Below are positions 58,250 through 64,000 of a stretch of 64,000 nucleotides of DNA, in pieces. Both the position numbers and the translations under genes were made by a program. Positions within the stretch are counted from its first letter, which is position 1; every line of letters begins with the position of its first letter. The stretch is from Spirochaetia bacterium (GTDB lineage Bacteria; Spirochaetota; Spirochaetia; UBA9216), in contig OY776510.1 of assembly GCA_963675665.1 (NCBI GenBank), positions 1,216,001-1,280,000 of the forward strand. Direction: 5' to 3'. The notes beneath the pieces are model-generated. The model ran no database searches. It saw only the letters and a program-made list of their open reading frames with translations, and was not told the origin of the DNA.

Positions 58250-59767
58250 ATGAATACAGGTGATAATGATTTTATCCTGGAAATGAACGATATAACGAAA
58301 AGCTTTCCCGGCACGCTGGCCCTTGACAATGTCAATTTCAAGGTTCGAAAAGGAGAGGTCCATGCTTTAATGGGGGAAAACGGCGCCGGTAAATCTACAT
58401 TGATGAAAATTGCCGCCGGGCTGTACCAGCCTGACAAGGGTAATATCTGTTTTGACGGATCAATTGCCGTTTTCTCCAGCCCGGCTGATGCTCTCGGTGC
58501 AGGAATAAGTATGATCTATCAGGAATTGAACCCTGTACTGCATATGACTATTGCCGAGAATATCTTCCTGAACCGGGAACCGATGAAGAGGGGGAAGATA
58601 GTAGTAGATAAAAAAAAGATGAATGCCGACACAGTTCGAATCCTCGGGAAATATAGTCTTGATAAAGAGCCGAATGTGAAGATGAACAGTCTGACCATAG
58701 CGCAAATGCAAATGGTGGAAATTTTAAAGGCGGTGACCTTTAATGCAAAGCTGATCATCATGGATGAACCGACATCATCATTGGATGCCGATGAAACGGA
58801 AAAGCTTTTTAAAACTATTAAAGAATTAAAAGGCAGGGGAATCAGCATTATCTATATATCTCACCGGATGGATGAAATAAAGCAGATCAGTGATTCAGTA
58901 ACTGTATTGAGAGACGGTTGCTTTATCGGAACTGAAAAGACCGAAGAGATAGACAGACACCAGCTTATAAAAATGATGGTAGGCAGAGAGCTTACCGACA
59001 TCTATTACAAAAAACCCGTTGAAACGGGCAATGTTGTGATTAAAGTTAAAAATCTTTCGCGTAAAGGCGTCTTCCGCGATGTCAGCTTCGAGGTCAGAGA
59101 AGGCGAGATCCTGGGTTTCGCGGGAATCGTCGGTGCAGGCAGAAGCGAGATTATGAAATCAATTTTCAGTATAGATTCGCTTGATTCCGGAGAAATCTAC
59201 TGGAACGGAAATCAAATTAAAATAAAAAATACTTCGGATGCCATTGAAAAAGGTATAGCGATGGTAACGGAAGACAGAAAAAAATACGGCCTTGTTCTAT
59301 GCCGGAGCATCTATGAAAATATCAGCCTTCCAAACCTGAAACGTCAAAACCCGGGATTATTTATTAATCATAAATTGAATGAAAAAAGAGTTTTCGAGAC
59401 GGCTTCGAAGCTGTCTGTTAAGGCTCCGCATTTAAAAGTAAATGCGCTGAATCTGTCGGGCGGGAATCAGCAGAAGGTAATTCTTGCAAAATGGATTATG
59501 GCCGAACCAAGGTTGATGATACTTGATGAACCCACACGCGGCATTGATATCGGGGCTAAGCATGAGATCTACAAACTGATATACAATTTTGCAAAAAACG
59601 GCATGGCAATAATACTCATATCCTCGGAAATGGAGGAGATTCTCGGAATGAGCGATCGGGTATTGGTTATTCATGAAGGACGCATCAATGGTGAATTCAA
59701 CAGGTCCGAAATGACTGATTTAGCGATCGCCCAGGAAAAAATATTGGCTAAAGCACTAGGAGTATAG
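58250..59767 (+). CDS. Sugar ABC transporter ATP-binding protein (RbsA/MglA type)
   Basis: GENGAGKST, MDEPT, LSGGNQQK and DEPTRGID. Confidence 0.95.
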   Translation: MNTGDNDFILEMNDITKSFPGTLALDNVNFKVRKGEVHALMGENGAGKSTLMKIAAGLYQPDKGNICFDGSIAVFSSPADALGAGISMIYQELNPVLHMTIAENIFLNREPMKRGKIVVDKKKMNADTVRILGKYSLDKEPNVKMNSLTIAQMQMVEILKAVTFNAKLIIMDEPTSSLDADETEKLFKTIKELKGRGISIIYISHRMDEIKQISDSVTVLRDGCFIGTEKTEEIDRHQLIKMMVGRELTDIYYKKPVETGNVVIKVKNLSRKGVFRDVSFEVREGEILGFAGIVGAGRSEIMKSIFSIDSLDSGEIYWNGNQIKIKNTSDAIEKGIAMVTEDRKKYGLVLCRSIYENISLPNLKRQNPGLFINHKLNEKRVFETASKLSVKAPHLKVNALNLSGGNQQKVILAKWIMAEPRLMILDEPTRGIDIGAKHEIYKLIYNFAKNGMAIILISSEMEEILGMSDRVLVIHEGRINGEFNRSEMTDLAIAQEKILAKALGV

Positions 59768-59771
59768 ATTT

Positions 59772-60746
59772 ATGATAACCGGGAAAAAAGAAAAGGCAGC
59801 ATTGGATTTAATATCATTTACACGGAAATACGGCATTTTTCTTGTTCTTGTTGCAATGGTAATTTTTCTGTTGCTGGCAAGTCCGACATTCAGAACGATT
59901 AGAAATTTAATAAATGTATTAAACCAGATCAGCATAAACGGGATTATTGCGGTAGGAATGACTTTTGTGATTATTTCCGCAGGCATAGACCTCTCCATAG
60001 GTTCCATGATCGCGGTTGCATCAGTTGTTGTCGGAGCGGTGCTGAATGCTAATTCTGATAATGTAATTGGGGCGGTTCTGCTTGCAATAGCGGCCTGCGG
60101 AATTATCGGTTTATTCAACGGGTTTCTTATTGCCAAATTCGATATGTTCCCGTTTGTGGTTACGCTCGGAACAATGCTGATAGCAAGAGGAACCGCCTAC
60201 GTAATCAGTGATGGAAAGTCTTTTGTTTTGAAAAGTGAACTTTATAAACAAATCGGACAGGGTAAACTTTTCGGACTTATTCCTTTTTCGATAATTATCC
60301 TGATCGCGATTATTCTGATCGGCCATTTTCTTCTGAGCCGTACAAAATACGGCCAGTACGTGTATGCGATAGGCGGGAATATTCACACCGCTGTGGCATC
60401 GGGTGTAAATGTTTTTAAAAATAAACTTCTTACATATATGATGATGGGCTTATTCGCGGGAGTTGCGGGCGTGATCCTTACCTCACGTGTCAATGCCGGG
60501 CAGCCGTCAATCGGCGTAGGCTACGAATTGGACGGCATAGCCGCGGTCGTAATCGGGGGGGCCAGTTTGAACGGCGGGATAGGAACAGTGCACGGAACCG
60601 TGGTCGGCATCCTCATGATAGGAATAATAAACAACGGGATGAACCTGATGGGAGTATCCTCCTTTTATCAGCAGATAGTCAAAGGATTCATAATTCTCGG
60701 TGCGGTCATCCTCGACATAACCATAAGTCGCCGATCGAACGGATAG
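59772..60746 (+). CDS. Sugar ABC transporter permease
   Basis: GIDLSIGS, YAIGGN and YELDGIAAVVIGG. Confidence 0.95.
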   Translation: MITGKKEKAALDLISFTRKYGIFLVLVAMVIFLLLASPTFRTIRNLINVLNQISINGIIAVGMTFVIISAGIDLSIGSMIAVASVVVGAVLNANSDNVIGAVLLAIAACGIIGLFNGFLIAKFDMFPFVVTLGTMLIARGTAYVISDGKSFVLKSELYKQIGQGKLFGLIPFSIIILIAIILIGHFLLSRTKYGQYVYAIGGNIHTAVASGVNVFKNKLLTYMMMGLFAGVAGVILTSRVNAGQPSIGVGYELDGIAAVVIGGASLNGGIGTVHGTVVGILMIGIINNGMNLMGVSSFYQQIVKGFIILGAVILDITISRRSNG

Positions 60747-60818
60747 GGATTTAATACTGTTTTAAAGATTAAACCAAAACAGTTGGGTTTTGGTAAAAAA
60801 ATTTATTGGAGGAAAATA

Positions 60819-61793
60819 ATGAAGAAGAAAGTATTATTGGGTTTTTGCCTGATAATGGCGTCGGTAGTCCTTATGCCCGTGTTTTCCAACGGGACATCGG
60901 AACAGGACGGAGAAGGGGGGATAAAAATCGGCATCCTTCAGAAAAGCCGCTCTGATCAATATCAGATACTGCTGAATTCAGCACAGGAATCAGCTCTTGA
61001 TTCGCTGGTGTCGGATGGAAAAATTCAGGAATATTTACAGATTGACGCTGATACCGATGTTCAAAAGCAGATTAACCAGGCTGACGACATGATAGCCATG
61101 AATGTTGATGTCATCATAATGAGCCCTGTTGATGCAAACGGATGCGCTGCAATTGTTGATAAATGTAATGAAGCGGATATTCCGCTGGTTATAGTGAACT
61201 CAAAGACAAGTAATGTTGATGAAGCCACCGCATTTGTCGGATCAAATGATGTTGAGGCCGGTGAAATAATGGGCAGGTTTATTGCTGAAAAACTGGGCGG
61301 CGTAGGGAAAGCCGAAGGCAAGGTTCTCCAGCTTGAAGGGGATATCGGTAATTCAGCCCAGATCGATCGTGACAAGGGTTTAAAAAACACTATATACACC
61401 GAACCGGGCGTAACAGTGCTTGAATCGCTTACCGGGAAATGGTTAAGGGAAGAAGGTATGCGTATAACCGAGGACTGGCTCCAGAAATACCCTGAGATCG
61501 ACGCCATTGCGGCGGAAAACGACAATATGGCTATGGGAGCGCTTAATGCCGTCATCAATTCCGGACGTAAAGACGAGATCGTCATTATCGGCGTTGATGC
61601 TATCGAAGATGCAATGTTAAGCGTTAAAGCCGGTGAGCTTGATGCGACGGTTTTGCAGGATGCCGACGGGCAGGGCGCCGGTAGCGTCGATGTCGCTTAC
61701 AGGATAGCTGAAGGAATATCGTTCGATAAAACAACTAACATCCCTTTTGTACTGATAACACAGGAGAATGTTGATCGGTTTTTAAGTAAATAA
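60819..61793 (+). CDS. Sugar ABC transporter substrate-binding protein
   Basis: GGAGG SD; signal peptide VFSNGTSE; RbsB-like motifs (AENDNMA.GA, GVD, TVLQD). Confidence 0.92.
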   Translation: MKKKVLLGFCLIMASVVLMPVFSNGTSEQDGEGGIKIGILQKSRSDQYQILLNSAQESALDSLVSDGKIQEYLQIDADTDVQKQINQADDMIAMNVDVIIMSPVDANGCAAIVDKCNEADIPLVIVNSKTSNVDEATAFVGSNDVEAGEIMGRFIAEKLGGVGKAEGKVLQLEGDIGNSAQIDRDKGLKNTIYTEPGVTVLESLTGKWLREEGMRITEDWLQKYPEIDAIAAENDNMAMGALNAVINSGRKDEIVIIGVDAIEDAMLSVKAGELDATVLQDADGQGAGSVDVAYRIAEGISFDKTTNIPFVLITQENVDRFLSK

Positions 61794-61814
61794 ATCTTAT
61801 TAGGAAGATTGACA

Positions 61815-61841
61815 ACAGGCTTTCGATCTTTGAAAGCCTGT
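61815..61841 (+). terminator. Stem-loop after the binding-protein gene (terminator or mRNA stabiliser)
   Basis: acaggctttc/gaaagcctgt stem. Confidence 0.55.
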
Positions 61842-61903
61842 CTGTTAATTCGCTGATGAGATGGGGGTTCAGACGGTATTGAATAATCAATCAGGAGGTA
61901 AAT

Positions 61904-62893
61904 ATGGTCAGACCTATCACGATCATTTCTGCACAATGGGCGGATTTGTCATTCGAACAGCTTTGCAGCAAAATGAGCGGTTTCGGATATGACGGAATTG
62001 AAATCGCACTCTTCGGCGATCATTTGGATATCAGAAAAGCAGCTGAGGATCCGGCGTATGCAGATGAAAAAAAGGGAATATTAAAAAAATATAATTTAAG
62101 CTGCTATGCCCTGGCCGCACATCTGGCTGGAAAATTTGTCGCTGATCTGTACGACCCGCGCTCGGATAATCTGGTTCCGCCGGAATGTAAAGGGAATCCG
62201 GAAAAGATCCAAAAATGGGCTATTGAAGAGATGATGCTTGTTCCGCGTGCGGCTAAAAACATGGGTGTAAAAGTTGTAAGCGGTTTTATGGGATCCCCGG
62301 TATTCAAATACTGGTATTCGTTCCCGCAAACTCCTCAATCAATGATCGCTAAAGCCTATTCCGAAGTTTACGAGCTGTGGACGCCGATTTTCGACGAGTT
62401 TGATCGATACGGGATCAAATTTGCGCTGGAAGTTCATTCAGGAGAAATGGCATTTGATTATTATTCGACACAGCGTTTGTTTGAGGTTTTTGACTGGCGA
62501 GAAACTCTCGGCTTGAACTTTGATCCGAGCCATATTTTTTGGCAGGGAATAAATCCGCAAATGTTCCTTCAAGATTTTAAGGAACGTATTTATCACGTAC
62601 ATATGAAGGATGTTGCAGTCAACAGGGACGGCCGGGCCGGCATACTTGGTTCTCATTTGGAATTCGGTGATGTCAGACGGGGTTGGAATTTCAGATCTCT
62701 GGGGCACGGTGATGTTGATTTCGAGAATATCATACGCGTATTAAATCAAATTGGGTATAAAGGGCCGCTTTCTGTCGAATGGGAGGATTCAGGAATGGAA
62801 AGGGAGTTCGGTGCGAAAGAATCACTGGAGTTGGTTCGCAACCTGAATTATCCGGCATCTGAATTTGCATTCGATTCAGGAATGAAACAATGA
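61904..62893 (+). CDS. Sugar phosphate isomerase/epimerase family protein (IolE-like)
   Basis: RPIT...QWADL, FALEVH..E, NFDPSH, YHVHMKD and SVEWED. Confidence 0.9.
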   Translation: MVRPITIISAQWADLSFEQLCSKMSGFGYDGIEIALFGDHLDIRKAAEDPAYADEKKGILKKYNLSCYALAAHLAGKFVADLYDPRSDNLVPPECKGNPEKIQKWAIEEMMLVPRAAKNMGVKVVSGFMGSPVFKYWYSFPQTPQSMIAKAYSEVYELWTPIFDEFDRYGIKFALEVHSGEMAFDYYSTQRLFEVFDWRETLGLNFDPSHIFWQGINPQMFLQDFKERIYHVHMKDVAVNRDGRAGILGSHLEFGDVRRGWNFRSLGHGDVDFENIIRVLNQIGYKGPLSVEWEDSGMEREFGAKESLELVRNLNYPASEFAFDSGMKQ

Positions 62894-64000
62894 GGGAAGC
62901 ATTGCTCTCAACCAAGAATATTTCAAAGGCATATTCGGGAGTGCCGGTTTTAAACAATATCAGTATTGAATTATTCAGTAATTCAGTATTGGGAATAATC
63001 GGTGAGAACGGCGCGGGGAAATCGACTCTGATGAAAATTATCAGCGGGTTGGTGGCTCCTACTTCCGGAAAAATATTCTTGCAGGGGAAAGAAGCATCAA
63101 TACCCAATCCCGAAGCGGCCTGTAATTTGGGTATAAGCATTATACCTCAGGAATTTAATTTAATAGATACCCTGAAGGTATATGAAAATATATTTCTGGG
63201 AAAAGAACTTTACAATCGATATGGTTTCCTGAAGAAGGAAACCATGATTAACCGCAGCAAATCTATTCTGGGTGAACTGGAAGTTGATATCGATCCCGAA
63301 GCCGATATTGGGACCTTGAGTGCGGCGGAAAAACAGATGGTTGAGATAAGCAAGGCGTTATCCATTAACGCAAGATTACTTATCATGGATGAACCGACTA
63401 CGGTCCTTACCGAATTCGAGACGGATATTCTGTTTAACCTGGTATTAAAACTTAAAGAGCGGGGATTTGCCGTCGTTTTTATTTCCCATAAACTGGATGA
63501 GGTAAAAAAAATCTGTGATGATGTTCTCGTTCTTCGGGACGGTAATTTCATTATTCGTAAACCTGCAATTGATATGTCAAAAGCCGAAATGGTTAAAAGC
63601 ATGGTCGGCAGGGATATTGAAAATTTAATATCTCCCCGGAAAGTTGAAGCAAAAGACTATGCTCTTGAGTTAAAAAACCTGAGCGACGGAGATAAGATAG
63701 ATAAAATTTCTTTCGGCGTACGGCCTGGGGAGATCCTCGGATTGGCGGGCCTGGTAGGAGCCGGCAGGACGGAAATTGCCGAGACCATAATTGGAATACG
63801 CAGGCGCGCAGCGGGAGAAATATACATAAACAATAAGGCTGTTCAGATAAAAAGAACGTCGGAAGCCTATAAGCTCGGAATCGGATATCTATCCGAAGAT
63901 CGGCAGGGAAAGGGAATAATTACTTCATTTCCCATTTACCAGAACATCACGTTAACATCTATAGAACATTATTGCAGATCCTTCTTAAAATTCCTGGTAA
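62890..64000 (+). CDS. Second sugar ABC ATP-binding protein (runs off the 3' end; absent from the ORF track)
   Basis: ATG at 62890 reads MREALLSTKNISKAYSG...GENGAGKST...MDEPT...GLVGAGRTE; the frame appears open to the window end. Confidence 0.92.
   Translation, partial: MREALLSTKNISKAYSGVPVLNNISIELFSNSVLGIIGENGAGKSTLMKIISGLVAPTSGKIFLQGKEASIPNPEAACNLGISIIPQEFNLIDTLKVYENIFLGKELYNRYGFLKKETMINRSKSILGELEVDIDPEADIGTLSAAEKQMVEISKALSINARLLIMDEPTTVLTEFETDILFNLVLKLKERGFAVVFISHKLDEVKKICDDVLVLRDGNFIIRKPAIDMSKAEMVKSMVGRDIENLISPRKVEAKDYALELKNLSDGDKIDKISFGVRPGEILGLAGLVGAGRTEIAETIIGIRRRAAGEIYINNKAVQIKRTSEAYKLGIGYLSEDRQGKGIITSFPIYQNITLTSIEHYCRSFLKFLV

Noticed and set aside
61825-61875. GAAA...CTGATGA hammerhead-like words
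   Set aside because: Stems I and II cannot form convincingly, and the GAAA belongs to a terminator-like stem.
62730-63602. Minus-strand ORFs of 136 and 130 aa
   Set aside because: Antisense shadows of the + strand ABC ATPase starting at 62890.

Overview
Bacterial chromosomal window, most likely from a free-living spirochaete. This is inferred from the giant protein with a C-terminal FlgD-Ig domain and from F(A/S)xGxxE-type signal peptides. From left to right: (1) the 3' part of a giant surface protein with near-identical 525-bp tandem repeats; (2) lipoproteins, a GT2 and a Pel-type exopolysaccharide cluster (pelD/E/F/G-like, with a divergent CBM-TPR-beta-barrel PelB-like gene, but no pelA or pelC visible); (3) an HDOD gene, a DUF2089 operon and a sigma54/NorR-like controlled peroxiredoxin, with a duplicated structured ~82-nt leader element; (4) a 5'-truncated MCP, lysE, a GmhB-Sua5 fusion, rlmG, and a two-component system with two paralogous exported proteins; (5) Rrf2-TauE, a selenocysteine peroxiredoxin (in-frame UGA plus SECIS), a flavinylated protein/polyferredoxin pair, a diguanylate cyclase and ribokinase; (6) a nitrogen-assimilation cluster (gltBD, nrpR, nifA-like, amtB, glnK, glnA type III) with visible operators and a sigma54 promoter; (7) a DeoR-controlled sugar catabolic/ABC cluster running off the right end. 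No rRNA, tRNA, CRISPR array or IS element was seen. All functional calls come from recognising motifs by eye, not from database searches.
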